Source: Felis catus
Lineage: Eukaryota
Reading direction: 5' to 3'
DNA: 64,000 nucleotides
Assembly: GCF_018350175.1 (NCBI RefSeq)
Contig: NC_058375.1
Span: 203,360,001-203,424,000, forward strand
Shown here: piece after piece, positions 1 to 12,395 of the stretch
Layout: every line of letters starts with the position of its first letter
Position numbering within the stretch: the stretch's first letter is position 1
Translations under genes and position numbers: made by a program
Notes under the pieces: generated by a model
Seen by the model: only the letters and a program-made list of their open reading frames with translations
Told to the model about the DNA's origin: nothing
Databases searched by the model: none

Positions 1-1246
1 CCTGCTCCTGCTCGAAGAGCAGCATGGCTAGCTGGGTGCGGGAGCCCAGGCCCTCCAGCTCGCCCTGGCGGCAGCGGTGGTACAGGTCCTCACTGAGCCG
101 GGCACTGCACGTCTGGGCCCGGTAGCGCTGCAGCAGCGCCGGCTCCACGGCCCGCAGAACGTGGAGGCCGGAGAAGCGCAGGAACAGCTCGTACACGTCC
201 ATGCTCTCCAGCAGCTCCTCCTCCTGCTCTGAGGCCGCCGCCAGCCGCCCTCGGGCCGCCACGTAGTCGGAGTTGTAGAAGCAGGCCTCGCTGGCTGCCT
301 GGCGATCGAAGCGGCCCGTGTCTCGGCCCAGCTCCGGGGGCCCAGGGCCCTGGGGCGGGGCCACGGCGGGGTGGAAGGCCTNNNNNNNNNNNNNNNNNNN
401 NNNNNNNNNNNNNNNNNNNNNNNNNNNNNNNNNNNNNNNNNNNNNNNNNNNNNNNNNNNNNNNNNNNNNNNNNNNNNNNNNNNNNNNNNNNNNNNNNNNN
501 NNNNNNNNNNNNNNNNNNNNNNNNNNNCGCAGCGGGGAGGGTGCGGCCGTCTGCACGCTGAGCCAGGGCACCCGGGCCCCGGGGAAACGCCGCTCCAGTT
601 CCGCCACGTGGGCCTTGACGGGCGCAAAGACATCCGCGTGGGCCGCCCGTTGGGCCTGTCGTGGCTCGTACAGGAGCAGCAGGGTCAAGGCTGCCGCGGC
701 ATCGCCAGGTTCCAGCGCCGCAGTGGCGAAGGCTTCCAGGAAGCCAGGGGCCAGGTCCCGCTCGGCCGCAGCCAGAGGCAGTAACACGGTGAGACGCGAG
801 GCTTCGGTGACGTAGGGCACAGGCAAGATCTCCACACGGCTCAGTGGCCGCAGCAGCTGCACCCGGCGGGTGAGGGGCCGGCGGCCACCCTGGGGGGTGA
901 GCGCCTCCAGCTGCAAGTCCAGTGTGTACTCCATACCCCGGGCAGGATCAAAGCGTCGGTAGCCATTAACTAGCTGCTGCTTCTGGAGCCGCAGGGCTGG
1001 ATGATAGCGACGGTTGAGCTCTTCCAGGGCCGCCCCCAGAACGTCAGCCACATCGGCCCGGTCAGCCCCTCGCAGAGGGCAGCGGGGCGAACCATCAGCG
1101 CAGGAGAAAGCATGCTGCTCCGTGAAATAGTCCCAGCGTAACACCTCAAAACGGGAGGCCGGGCGGGATGGTGCCGGAATGCCCACAGGCCAGGCGGCTG
1201 CGCGCTCCCCATCGGCTGCCAGATGGCTGGTGTTCTGGATCTCCCA
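1..1246 (-). CDS. CHPF: CHPF exon 4 (partial, runs off the window start; contains N-gap 382-527)
   Basis: Acceptor TTCCGATCTAG then WEIQNTSHL...; frame is kept across the gap; absent from the ORF track because the exon has no start codon. Confidence 0.93.
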
Positions 1247-1563
1247 CTAGATCGGAAAAATAGACCAGGAGCAAGGTAGAGACCGTGGGGGCCAGCGCAG
1301 AGCTGGAGGACTAAGCAGACAGCAGGTGCTACTTGGGATGGGTCCCTAGTCCCCAATTTCTGCTATCCCAGGGCCTCCACCTATCCTTTCCCAGATTGAG
1401 GCAACCTAAGAATTAAAAGGGAGGCTTCTGGAAGAGCTTCTCAGAAAAGGCAGGAACAAAGAGGGACTGGGAAGCCAGTTTGTTCTGATTCTAGTTTTGA
1501 CTTCCCTGGGATCTCAGATGTCTTAGGACCTGTCCCCTCTGTCCCCCAGGGCCCCGACCATAC

Positions 1564-1743
1564 CTGCAACTCCTGGATCTCCTGGTATGTTCGTTCCAGC
1601 TCAGCTCGGGCAAAAGCTTTGTGCAGCTGGTACATGTGTACGGGGTCATGCACAGGGTGGGCTGTCAGGGCACTGCGGAAACGGGGGTCTCCTTCCTGCA
1701 CATGCTCCCCAGGGCTCAGCTCCAGGTAGCTATAGTGTACCCC
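1564..1743 (-). CDS. CHPF: CHPF exon 3
   Basis: GVHYSYLELSPGE...EIQELQ; AG/GT boundaries; 180 nt. Confidence 0.95.
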
Positions 1744-2257
1744 CTGGGGAGAGGAAGGGAAGGGGTCTATGATGGGAAGAGATGGGACAGCTCCCCATTC
1801 ACCTCCCAGTGTGGATTTCATCTTCCCCTCCCATGACCTATGTGGACCTGGAGTCGGAATTACTGGGTTTAAGTACACCTTGACCAGTTGTTAGCTTGTG
1901 TGACTTTGGGTGAGCCTCTGCTAGCTCATGTGTGAAATGGGCATATGCATCCCATCTCAGAGCTGTCCAGGGGCTCAAATAAAAATCATAGTAGCCAACA
2001 CTGAACGCCTGCTATGTGCAAGGTTCCCTTATTTTTTCTAATCCTTAGAACACACCTGAACCATAGTTATTTTCATTGGTATGGATGAGGATACCAAAGT
2101 TCAGGAGATGCAGTCATTCACCCAAGGTTACAGGGATAGAAAGTGACAGAACTGGCATGGAAACCCAGGCCTATTATTTCCAACTACCCCTTTGCCTCCG
2201 AGGGGGAAGGGCACAAGCTCAGGCAGGAGGTGCCAATGGGGCGGCTTATCTTCCCAC

Positions 2258-2831
2258 CTCGTGGTCGCCAGTGCAGCCCACCCCTGTGGCATCGAGGATG
2301 CAGCGTCCCAGCCACTCATCCGGTCGCGCACTGACGATGTCGTTGCGGCAGCCTTCCAGGTGGGGGCGCAGCTGCTGCAGCAGTGTGCGGGACAGCAGCA
2401 CCCCAAAGCCGCCATGGCAGTAGCGGCCTGGGGCGGGCTCTCCACCGATGAAGTCCTGTGGCCGGCCCAGGTACAGGTGGGCAGCGGCCGCCAGGCTCAG
2501 ACGGCCGGCTAGGCGAGCCAGTCCATGTGCCTCGGTGTAGGTGGCATCGGGCACTATGAAGAACCAGTCAAAGTCGTCACCGTGTTGCTCCAGTAGGTGG
2601 CGCAGTGCCAGGTGCAGGTGCCCTATGGGCCGCTCCTCACCCAGTGTCACCACTGCCATGCCTGGTGGTGCCCTGCGGCCGCGAGAGCCCGTCAGGAACA
2701 CCACACGCTCTAGCCGGTGCCCCAGCGTGCGGTTCACGGCCACACCCAGTGTGGGCAACGTGGCTTGTGAGGTCAGCACCGCCACAAGCAGCCTCTGCCT
2801 GATGCCCAGCTCCGTGCTGATGTATCGGGTT
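2258..2831 (-). CDS. CHPF: CHPF exon 2
   Basis: CCCCCAG acceptor; TRYISTELGIRQRLLVAVLTS...GCTGDHE; donor GTGGG; 574 nt, frame continuous. Confidence 0.96.
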
Positions 2832-3739
2832 CTGGGGGAGAAGAGGGCACAAGGTTATCAGAAGACAACATAGGCTCTGGCAGGTCACATCCTCTCTGGG
2901 CCTGTTTCTTCACCTACGAATAGGATAAGAATAACCAACTCCCCGGGGGTCATGGGGATTTACATGAAATATTTGCCTTACCTATACAGTGCCTTGAGGA
3001 GGGGGGGATGGCAATGTGTGTGGAGATATGAGAGGTACATTGTGGATTTGATTCTCTGTTTCACGACTTAGTAGTTGTGTCCTTGAGCAAGTTATTTAAC
3101 CTACCTGAGCCTCATTCAGTAGTCTGCTCTGCATAAAGGAGCTGATAGTATCTATTCAAAGCACTTAGGCAACTGCTCAGCACATAGATACTCCACACAC
3201 CATGTATATACTTATTTCTATATAAATATGCCATCATAGCACAAATACATCACATAAATGATGTAAAGGAATATAGGGCAGAGGGATGTACTGAGTGTGT
3301 TTGGGACAAGGGAAAACCGGGGCTCAGCAGTTCCGGAAACTTAGCTTCCATAATGCAGAAGGTAAGTCGCAAAGCTGAAATTTGAACTCAGTGTTGCTTA
3401 GAAGAAAAGTATTTCAACTCATGCGCAAAGGCATTAATGGGATGGGTACCTCACCCCTCCCCCACAAACCTCATCCCGAGGTGTCCCACCCAGGAACAAG
3501 AGATACAGGTAAATTCTGGTTTCTCTTGTTTCTTTCCCTCTCTCTATGCACCCACTCCAAGTACCAGTCATTTCTCGAAACCCAACAGCCCAATCAGGGA
3601 GCTAATAGGAGGATCTATGAGGGACCATGGGGTCGAGCCAGTTTAGGACAGAGGAGGGCAAGTTCCGCCCAGGCCTGGACGGGGCCCAGAAAGGGCCTCA
3701 GATGGGTTCCACAGCTCCCGGGGAAGCAGGGCAATCGGA

Positions 3740-5000
3740 AGTTATTGGGGCCAAAGACTTCCTGGCTGGCCAGCCCCTTCCTTCCGGAGCCTAACCCAGC
3801 CTCCCGCGGCCTCCCCGGCGCGCCCGACCCGACCGGTGCCCAGGGGGTGGGGCTGGCGGGGCTGATCCCTACCTGACGGCCTTTTTGGCGGCCTGGCCAG
3901 GCTGTGCAGGGTGGTAGGGCAAGACACGCGGCTCCCAATTCTCCCCGGCGCCTGCGCCGACCCCAGGCCTCTCGCGCTCCGCTCCCGGCTGCACCGAGTT
4001 GGGCCGGCGCGCCGCGTTCGTGTTGCCGCGCGGCGGCAGCTCAGACTCTCCTGGCTGGGGCGGCCCTGGGCCACACGGTTCCTCCACCCAGGTGACGCTG
4101 AGCAAGCTCAGAGTGAAGCCCAGGGAGATGCCCACGGCCACAGGCCCTGCGGGCCGCAGCACCGACAGCAGCAGCGATGCCCGCATGGCGCCGGGACCAC
4201 GGGCCCCGGGGCCCGGAGCAGCCCCACAGCAGCCAGAAGAGGCTCCGAGGGGGCGGGACCGGGGAGGGGGCGGATCCGAAGGGCCCGGGCCAAGCGGGCG
4301 GGCCCGCTCCCTCCCCGCCGACGCGGTCCTAGTCGAATCCCCTGCGCGGCGCTCCGATCCTCCTCCGTCCGGCGCAGGGTCCCAGCGCTCCGCGCAGGAG
4401 CCTCGACCACGGCCGCCGCTGTCCGACGTGTCACTGCGAGGTCCCCGCCCCCGGGGTGGGGTCTCGGGCTCCAGCTACCGGAGACGGAGGAGAAGGGGGA
4501 GGTTAAAGGGGAAGGACCCCCGGAAGTGCCCCCTCCTCAGTGCCGGTGAGGGAAACGCCGGAGGCGGAGTCCCCTGCCTCCCCCGGCGTGGTTGGNNNNN
4601 NNNNNNNNNNNNNNNNNNNNNNNNNNNNNNNNNNNNNNNNNNNNNNNNNNNNNNNNNNNNNNNNNNNNNNNNNNNNNNNNNNNNNNNNNNNNNNNNNNNN
4701 NNNNNNNNNNNNNNNNNNNNNNNNNNNNNNNNNNNAGCCCAAGCCCCTGCTCCTGCTCCTTTCCCTTCCCCAGACCCAGCCTGAGTCCCCAGACTCCGCG
4801 GCACTGGAGTGCCAGCCGGTGTTGGAGGCGGAGCAGCGACGCCGCCGCACAGAGAACGGTCCCTCCGGCCCAGCAGCCCCCTTCCCGGCTCGACGGACTT
4901 TTCCCGGACCCCAGTCAGCTGGGGCCTCTGGCGCTCTGCAACCCCGGACCCTCCGGCCCCTGCACAGCCTCTTTCGCTCAGAAGCTCAGGTCGCCTCCTG
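3740..5000. promoter_or_regulatory. CpG island / bidirectional promoter shared by CHPF and TMEM198
   Basis: CpG-rich; GC boxes; ETS motif CCGGAAGT near 4520; divergent genes; probable TMEM198 non-coding exon 1 donor CCG|GTGAG at 4545/4546. Confidence 0.75.
3873..4186 (-). CDS. CHPF: Chondroitin polymerizing factor, coding exon 1 (start codon, signal anchor)
   Basis: ATG in GGCGCCATGC context; MRASLLLSVLRPAGPVAVGISLGFTLSLLSV; donor GTAGG; 314 nt. Confidence 0.96.
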
Positions 5001-5350
5001 CCCAGGTAGATCTTGGACAATCCCAGATTTGGCCGCCCACAGAGGAGTCTCCTGGCTGCCTCTTTCTTATGGGCAGCACACTGTCCTCCTCTTCCCCCAA
5101 CCAGGGTCCCTTTTAACTTCTACATCTCAGCTTCCTTTAGCCAGGCACTTTTGTTTCCCTTTGTCTTTTGCTCCACTTCAGAGATGCTTCCAGAGCTGGG
5201 CATCACTCCTTTGTCCACTGGTGTCCTTGCCTAGTTCTCCCATTCCCATTCTTGCCCCCATCCTGGTGGAGACCCAGCACTCCTCCTTGACCCCAACTTA
5301 CTCTTTGTCAGGCTGACCTGGGAGGTTGACTCCCTTCCATTCCCAGCACT

Positions 5351-5516
5351 ATGCCAGGCACTGTGGCGACACTGCGGTTCCAGCTGCTGCCCCCCGAGCC
5401 AGATGATGCCTTCTGGGGTGCACCCTGTGAGCAGCCCCTGGAGCGCAGGTACCAGGCACTGCCGGCCCTCGTCTGCATCATGTGCTGTCTGTTCGGAGTC
5501 GTCTACTGCTTCTTCG
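5351..5516 (+). CDS. TMEM198: Transmembrane protein 198, first coding exon (acceptor at 5311/5312)
   Basis: [34 protein letters not shown]...YCFF; donor GTGAG; 166 nt. Confidence 0.95.
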
Positions 5517-6825
5517 GTGAGACCCCTACCTCATCCTTCACCTGGGCTCCCCACTGTCTCCCAAATTATTTTTTAGGCGCCTCAAATCTTCTCTAGAACA
5601 TCATCACCACTACCACCATCACCACCACCACCATGAATAACTATCTTTCTTTTCTCTTTCTTTCATCCCACACATGTTCATGGATCATCTAGACTCTAGG
5701 TCCTAAAAAACACAGGCTTTTAAATTCAGCATGCTTGAATTTGAAACTGGCTCTGCACATTACTAATTGTGATACCTCGGCGCATTAACCTGTCTGAGCC
5801 TCAGTTTTCCCATCTAAACTGTGCGAACGATGATAATTGTCTCATAGAGGGTTGTTGGGAAAATAGTAGATGCTCAATAAATAATAGCTATTATGGTGAA
5901 GATGGGTTTGGGTCACTGTGCTAGGTAGGCACAGAAAAGCATTTAGCAGGGTGGTTGAACATGGTCCCTTACCACATGGCATATTGTCTGATAGGGGAGA
6001 GACTTCTGGAACATTCACACCTGTAATACATGTTAGAGTGGGCTAGATGGTAGTCACATACATGGAGATAGCTATAGTAACCAGGCCTGCTATAAACAGT
6101 TGTTTAGGATGGGTACTGCACAAGGAAGTTCAATTGAATAGGCAACCGGGAGCTGAAATCCAGCCCATGGTCCATTTGCCAAACTCTAGGCCTTGGCACA
6201 AGGCTGCTTTACCTAGAGGAAGACATGACTTTTTCTAATTTGCACAAAGGTACCAGATGGGCTAGTGGAATAAGTGACTACTGCAAGAGTTACAGAATTT
6301 CAGAGAGGGGCGTGAGCTCCACGGGCTGGGGGCCCAAGGGAAGCCTCTAGGAGGATCATTATAGGCAATTGGAAGAAGTACAAAGGAAGCATGGAGATCT
6401 GGGTTCCAGGCTGGGCAGAGGTGCCATGAGACTAGTGTTCTGCAGCACTTATACCTCCCCCTAGAATGGCTGTGTAGTAGGTAAGGATGGGAGCCAGATG
6501 GTCCCTCCTCTTCCACCCCCAAACTCTAAGCTGAACAACTGCAGAATGAGCAAGAGGAAGTGCCCTTCTAAGGGTTTAGGACACATTCTGGGTCTCTAAG
6601 GAGTCTGTCACCTCATGCTCTCCACTACCCATACCCACTCTCTCTGCAGTTGCTCAAGCAGCCTGACATTCTCTCCCCTGGGCTTCTCTGCCACTTTACC
6701 CACCTTGGATGCCCTCATTCCCAGGCTCTTGGACTCTGAGCCCTTGTGTATGACCTACTCCTCTATCTGACCCCAGAACCTCTTGGATTCTGATGCTTCC
6801 CTCATTCCTAAAACTGAATCTCCTC

Positions 6826-6843
6826 TTTTTTAAATTTATTTTT

Positions 6844-6877
<34 letters not shown>

Positions 6878-7048
6878 GAAAATATGCACAAGAGCAGGGA
6901 AGAGGTGCAGAGGGAGAGAGAGGATCCCACGCAGGCTCCATGCTCAGCACAGAGCCCAACATGGGGCTCAATTTCACGATCTCAAGATCACAACCTGAGC
7001 CAAAATCAAGAGTCGGATGCTTAACTGACTGAGCCACCCAGGCACCTC
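6826..7048 (-). mobile_element. CAN-SINE (carnivore tRNA-derived SINE)
   Basis: Inverted SINE head, (CT)n and A-tail; TSD CTGAATCTC. Confidence 0.9.
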
Positions 7049-8020
7049 CTGAATCTCTTTATGAACTTTCTCTTTGGCGTACCCTGACCCCTTGACCTCC
7101 ATCTCTGACTTCCATCTTCCCAACTGCTCAGTATCTACAGGTCCCTCACTCTTCCAGTTACCCTTAATGGGTATAACTTCCATTTCTCTGAAACTCCATG
7201 ACCACCGGTTCCCCTTATAATCCTCTTGAACACTCTATGACCCTAGTGACCCCCAGCCGCCTCCAGTTATCTCATTACCTTCCATCCCTCTGTCTCCCTC
7301 TGTTACTCCTGACACTTTGGTCCCTATGATGCCATTGTCTGCCTACCCTCATGATCTCCCATTTCTCTGGCTTCAATATTACCCTCTCTCAGAAACCCTT
7401 TAACACTCTCAACGATTCCATGTCTGTTAATTCCCCTGCTTGCAATGACCTCATCTTCTGGAACCCCTCCCCAATGACCCTGCTTTTCCATTCTCTTTGT
7501 AATTTTCTACTAATGTTGTATCTCTGAAGCCCTGTTACCCCTTAAAGACATTATCTTTCTGAACCTGTGTGACCCTCATCTCTCAAGTTCTTTCTGACTC
7601 CTAAATACCTCGTATCTCTGAACAATCCCTCCTAAGGCCCCAGTGATTCTATTGCTGATCGCCTGTGACCCCAAATGACCTCTCTCTCTCACCCCTATGA
7701 TTCCAAAGACCCTAATGACCCTATCACTGATTCACTCTTGACTCCAATGGTTTATCTGACCCTCAAGGACCCAACACTCATCTCAGTAACTCTTATCTCT
7801 CTGCTTTCCCAGTGAGTCCCAATGACCTATCTCTCTGACCTCCTTGGACCCCAATGGTCCCATCACTGATGCCCTCAGAACTCCAGTGGCCCCCAAGATT
7901 CTGACCTTTGTGACCTGCTCCTGGTTCCTCTGTGATTCTCATGTCCATAACCCCTCTGATCCCCTTTCTGGAGCCTGGTGACCTCATTTTGGCCCCTCAC
8001 TAGCCCTTGTTCCCCTCCAG

Positions 8021-8596
8021 GTTACCGCTGCTTCAAGGCAGTACTCTTCCTCACTGGGTTGCTGTTTGGCTCGGTGGTCATCTTCCTGCTGTGCTACCGA
8101 GAGCGGGTGCTGGAGACACAGCTGAGTGCCGGGGCAAGTGCGGGCATCGCACTGGGCATCGGGCTGCTCTGCGGGCTGGTGGCCATGCTGGTGCGCAGTG
8201 TGGGCCTCTTCCTGGTGGGGCTGCTGTTGGGTCTGCTGCTCGCTGCTGCCGCCCTGCTGGGCTCCGCTCCCTACTACCAGCCAGGCTCTGTGTGGGGCCC
8301 ACTGGGGCTGCTGCTGGGGGGCGGCCTACTCTGCGCCCTGCTCACACTGCGTTGGCCGCGACCACTCACCACCCTGGCCACCGCCGTGACAGGTGCTGCG
8401 CTCATCGCCACCGCCGCTGACTACTTTGCTGAGCTGCTGCTGCTGGGGCGCTACGCGGTGGAGCGACTGCGTGCCGCCCCAGTACCCCCCCTCTGCTGGC
8501 GGAGCTGGGCCCTGCTGGCACTTTGGCCCCTGCTCAGCCTGATGGGCGTTCTGGTGCAGTGGCGGGTGACGGCCGAGGGGGACTCCCACACGGAAG
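8021..8596 (+). CDS. TMEM198: TMEM198 coding exon 2 (multi-pass TM core)
   Basis: CCCTCCAG acceptor; [16 protein letters not shown]...EGDSHTE; 576 nt. Confidence 0.96.
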
Positions 8597-9681
8597 GTGA
8601 GAGGGTCCAGGCCAGGGTGGGTGAGAGAGAAATGAGTGGCCAAGGACGGGTGGGAGGACTGAGCAAATGGGGCACGGGGGAAGGAGCAGTACACACTAGT
8701 AGCCAAAGGCCTCAATAGGGTTAGAGAGCTGACTGGCTCAGGGTCTGGGAAGACAGGACCTCAGCCCCACTATTCATTCTGCAACAAGGTATGGGGCAGT
8801 GGCTCTGTGGCAAGCCCGTTTCAGGCACAGGGGATCCAACAGAAAAGGACCCTGCGCTCATGGGGTTGCATTCAGGTGGAGGCAGACAGACAACAGAATG
8901 CATACAAACTAGATAATTCCAGCTCCGGAGTGATACGAAAGAAATATGCAGGGCAATGTAAACAAGTGACCTACAGAGGCTGTTACGGATACAGGGGTCA
9001 AGGAAGGCCGCTAGGAAGAGGTGACATTTGAGTAGAGTGCTCAAGGATAAGAGGCCACGTGCAAAGAGCTAGAAAAAGAGGGAACAGCAAGGGCAGGTCC
9101 CCAGAAAGAAAGATCTTGGCTTGTTGAGGAAGTGGGCTGTAGTGTGGTGGGTGAGGCGTACCGACTGTGCGGGCCCTGTGGGCCGTGATTTTACCAGGAC
9201 TCTGGATTTTACCAGGAGGGCAATGTGATGCTATTGCAGGTTTAAAGCAGGGGGTGGATAGAATCTCATTTAGCGTTTGGGATGCTCATTCCGATTGCTA
9301 AGTGTAAGAAACATTGTGGGGGGGGGGGGGGGGGCAAGCATGGAAGGCCCAACCAGTGAGAAGGAGGCTGTAGTTGTCCAACTGAGAGATGATGACGGCT
9401 GGTTTAGGTGAGTCACCTGGGGCTCAGGATTGGGAAAGGGATAATAGCTGGAGAGGGAGTACTTAGAAGTCTAGGAATCTTCCATATGACCTTTGGAAGA
9501 AAAGAACAACTGCAGGAAGTCCCATTTGGGGCGTGGGAGATGGGGAAAGGAAGGGGGAGCAGGAGGTTATGGACAAAGGGAATCTGGACGCCTGGAGCCC
9601 TGAGGTAGGAAGGATCAGGGAGGCTTGGAGGACACGAGGCGTGTGAGCCTGTGAGACCCTTCTCTGCCCACCCCTGCACAG

Positions 9682-9884
9682 TGGTCATCAGCCGGCAGCG
9701 GCGACGCGTGCAGCTGATGCGGATTCGGCAGCAGGAAGAGCGCAAGGAGAAGCGGAGGAAGAAGAGACCCCCTCGAGCGCCCCCCAGAGGCCCCCGGGCT
9801 CCTCCAAGACCCGGGCCTCCTGACCCCGCCTATCGGCGCAGGCCCGTGCCCATCAAACGCTTCAATGGAGATGTCCTCTCCCCG
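9682..9884 (+). CDS. TMEM198: TMEM198 coding exon 3 (basic cytoplasmic tail)
   Basis: [28 protein letters not shown]...DVLSP; AG/GT; 203 nt. Confidence 0.95.
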
Positions 9885-10257
9885 GTGAGCAACCTGGGCC
9901 CCTCCAGCCTGAATGGGGGGAGAAGGGAGTACTGTAGACTCCGTCCAACGGAACTTGGCCTTCCCCAGAGGCCGATCTCGATCTAGAAGGGCTAGCATTT
10001 GTCTGACTATTGTAACCCCTGCACAAGGAGACTGACGGGTCCAGCTCTAGGACTGGGGGAAAGGTGTCCTGAGTAGGAATTTTAATGAGGTATAGTATGG
10101 GTAGGGTCTCGGGCTATGGACTATGGGTGTGGTGAGGCCCTGGGCCTGTGGCACTCTGGGGTGAGTCTGAGGCTGTGGCGTGCAAGGAGAGGATGTCGCT
10201 GGAGGTGGCTTCCGGGGCAGGATTTCCACGCTTACACCCGTGTTTACTTTCCCACAG

Positions 10258-10395
10258 AGCTACATCCAGAGCTTCCGGGACCGGCAGACGGGGAGCTCGC
10301 TGAGCTCCTTCATGGCCTCGCCCACAGACGCGGACTATGAGTATGGGTCTCGGGGGCCACTGACGGCCTGCTCAGGGCCCCCCGTGCGGGTATAG
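10258..10395 (+). CDS. TMEM198: TMEM198 last coding exon
   Basis: [14 protein letters not shown]...GPPVRV TAG; CDS total 1083 nt = 360 aa. Confidence 0.95.
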
Positions 10396-11125
10396 CAGTA
10401 CTGCTGCTCCTGCCCACCTAGACTCTGCGGTCACCAGCTCTGCCAGCTTGGGGAGGTCTGCTGGGCCGCTACCCAGCCTGCCTGGCCCTGTGGCCTCTGG
10501 CTGTCCCTCTCCCCACCCTGAAGAGGGCTGGCCCGGCTACTGGAAGAGAGAACCTGTCTCAGGCTGGGCCTGGCCTAAGGGGAAAGCCTCCTCCCGAGCT
10601 CCAGAGGGGCTCTTGAGGGATGCGGGGTGTAAGCCCCATTGGGGTGTGCTCAGGGTTGTGAGTGTGCCGCCTGTGTGTGTGTGTATATGTGTGTATGGAG
10701 GCGTGGGCTTGAGGGGACACTGGGACCCTTGCCTTAGATTTCTGATTGGTGGGGCTTCTCCAAGGTTGGCCCTGCCTCCACCCCCACTGCTGGGGTCCCA
10801 CAGGCCACTCTCCTGCATGTCTAAGTGGAGGATGTCTGCCTTCCTCCCCCACTGCTCCACCTCCCAACCAGACTCATCTAAGGCTTCTTGTCCTTGTCCC
10901 CGGGGCAAATGGCAGCACCCCTAGCCCTGGTCCCCCGTCTTCTACAAAGCCACCAGCCTGAGGGCAGTGGCAGGGGAGGGGGGTGGAGGGTGCTGCTCTG
11001 GGCTGGGTTAGGGAAAGGGGCTGGGGGAGGGGGCTTAAATGCACGGTGCATGTCTGGTGTCTGTCATGCCACCCTGGACACCTCATGCTTCTGTCTCCCC
11101 TCGCCCCACCCTGTTTTACATATTT

Positions 11126-11131
11126 TATAAA
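11126..11131 (+). terminator. Probable non-canonical poly(A) signal (TATAAA) of TMEM198
   Basis: Only AT-rich hexamer-like site I found in a GC-rich 3'UTR, followed by a GT-rich tract. Confidence 0.45.
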
Positions 11132-11310
11132 TGTGCCAAACTGTGTGGCTTCTGCCAGGAGTGGTGGTGGTCTTCAGCGGCTGGCACTTTCACGGGCCAA
11201 ATGGGAAGCCCCGCAGCCCTTGGTGTCCTGTGTCACTTACTACACAGAGGCTCCAGGCAAGTTCTGCCCTCCTACATCACACAGAGAGCCAGGGAAAAGG
11301 ACTGTACCAC

Positions 11311-11316
11311 TTTATT
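11311..11316 (-). terminator. Poly(A) signal AATAAA of full-length OBSL1
   Basis: TTTATT on + strand about 105 nt after the OBSL1 stop. Confidence 0.8.
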
Positions 11317-11420
11317 GTCCCCAACACCTGTGGTTCCCTTGCCTCCCCACCCCTGCCCAGGGTACGGGCACACGCCTTCCAAGCTGTCCGAGGGCACCTG
11401 CCTGGCCTGGTTCGGTCCTC

Positions 11421-11428
11421 CTAGCTAC
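11421..11428 (-). CDS. OBSL1: OBSL1 exon 21 (8 coding nt, G-S-stop)
   Basis: TTCCTCTGCAG|GTAGCTAG; completes a 5691-nt CDS = 1896 aa. Confidence 0.8.
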
Positions 11429-12125
11429 CTGCAGAGGAATGACTCGGCGTGGGGCTGGGGAGAGAGTGGGTACCACCGTCCTCTCCCCTGGCAGAGCCTG
11501 GGCACCCGCCCAGGAAGAGCTGGCTCCTCACCCTCTGCCCCACCCTTTCTGGACCTCTGTCAGGGATGTCTATGAGAGCAGGAAAATGGGAGTCAGCCCC
11601 CAGTTAGGGGTAGGAAATGCGGGAATTCAGGTGGAGGGGGCATCTCTGTGGAAGAGGAAGGAAATGGGACCAGAGGAGCCCTCCTCTCAGCCCGATGTGG
11701 AGCTGGCTGAGATGGGCAGAAGCCAGCTGGGCAGAGAGCAGGAGGGGGATGAGGGACAGGTAGGCACAGATCAGGGGCTAGTAGGTAGGAAGGAGAGGAA
11801 TTAGGGTCCAAATGGGGCATTCAAGAGAGACAGACACAGTCCAGAGGCAGGAGAGAGTGAGAAGCCTGGACAGGAAAGGGCATAGAAAGGTGGAAACGGC
11901 TGACCTGAACCAGACGGTTCCAGTAGAGAACACAGGGCTCCCTCCTCTGCTCAGCCCTCAGCCCCTCCCCCACTCCCCACCTCCACACACCCCAGAACCA
12001 GTTGGCCATCCCAAGTCCTGGAAAACCTCTGGTAGGCGTGTCTCAGCCCACCAGCTCCCAGGCGACCCCTCCTGTCTGGCCAGCCAGCCTGCCCCTCTGA
12101 CCTCTGCCCAGTCAGCTCCACTCAC

Positions 12126-12395
12126 CCTCTACCAGCAACCGTGTGTGGGCGCTGTCCTGGCCGGCCTGGCAGCAGTAGGTGCCCTGGTCCTCAGGTCTCA
12201 CGTCATGGATGACCAGGCTGTGGGTGGGGCCGTGGCTGCGCAGCTCATACTTGTCTCCCGGGCACAGCTCGACCCCCTCCCGCAACCAGCACACGTGGCC
12301 CCCCGAGCGGGACACAGTCACCTCCAGCACCGCCCTGCGGCCGACCAGAACCGTCTTCTCTCGAGGGGGGCGGCGGCACATCTGGAGAGGCAGTG
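12126..12395 (-). CDS. OBSL1: OBSL1 exon 20 (Ig domain)
   Basis: ALPLQMCRRPPREKTVLVG...HTRLLVE; AG/GT; 270 nt. Confidence 0.93.

Noticed and set aside
6696-7037. Recurrent MAQSVK... ORFs across the window
   Set aside because: Translations of CAN-SINE heads; their tRNA-like A/B boxes are not tRNA genes
9604-9677. Position apparently orthologous to human MIR3132 in a TMEM198 intron
   Set aside because: Similar to the recalled human sequence but with many mismatches that break the hairpin arms; the match is explained by ordinary orthology next to the acceptor
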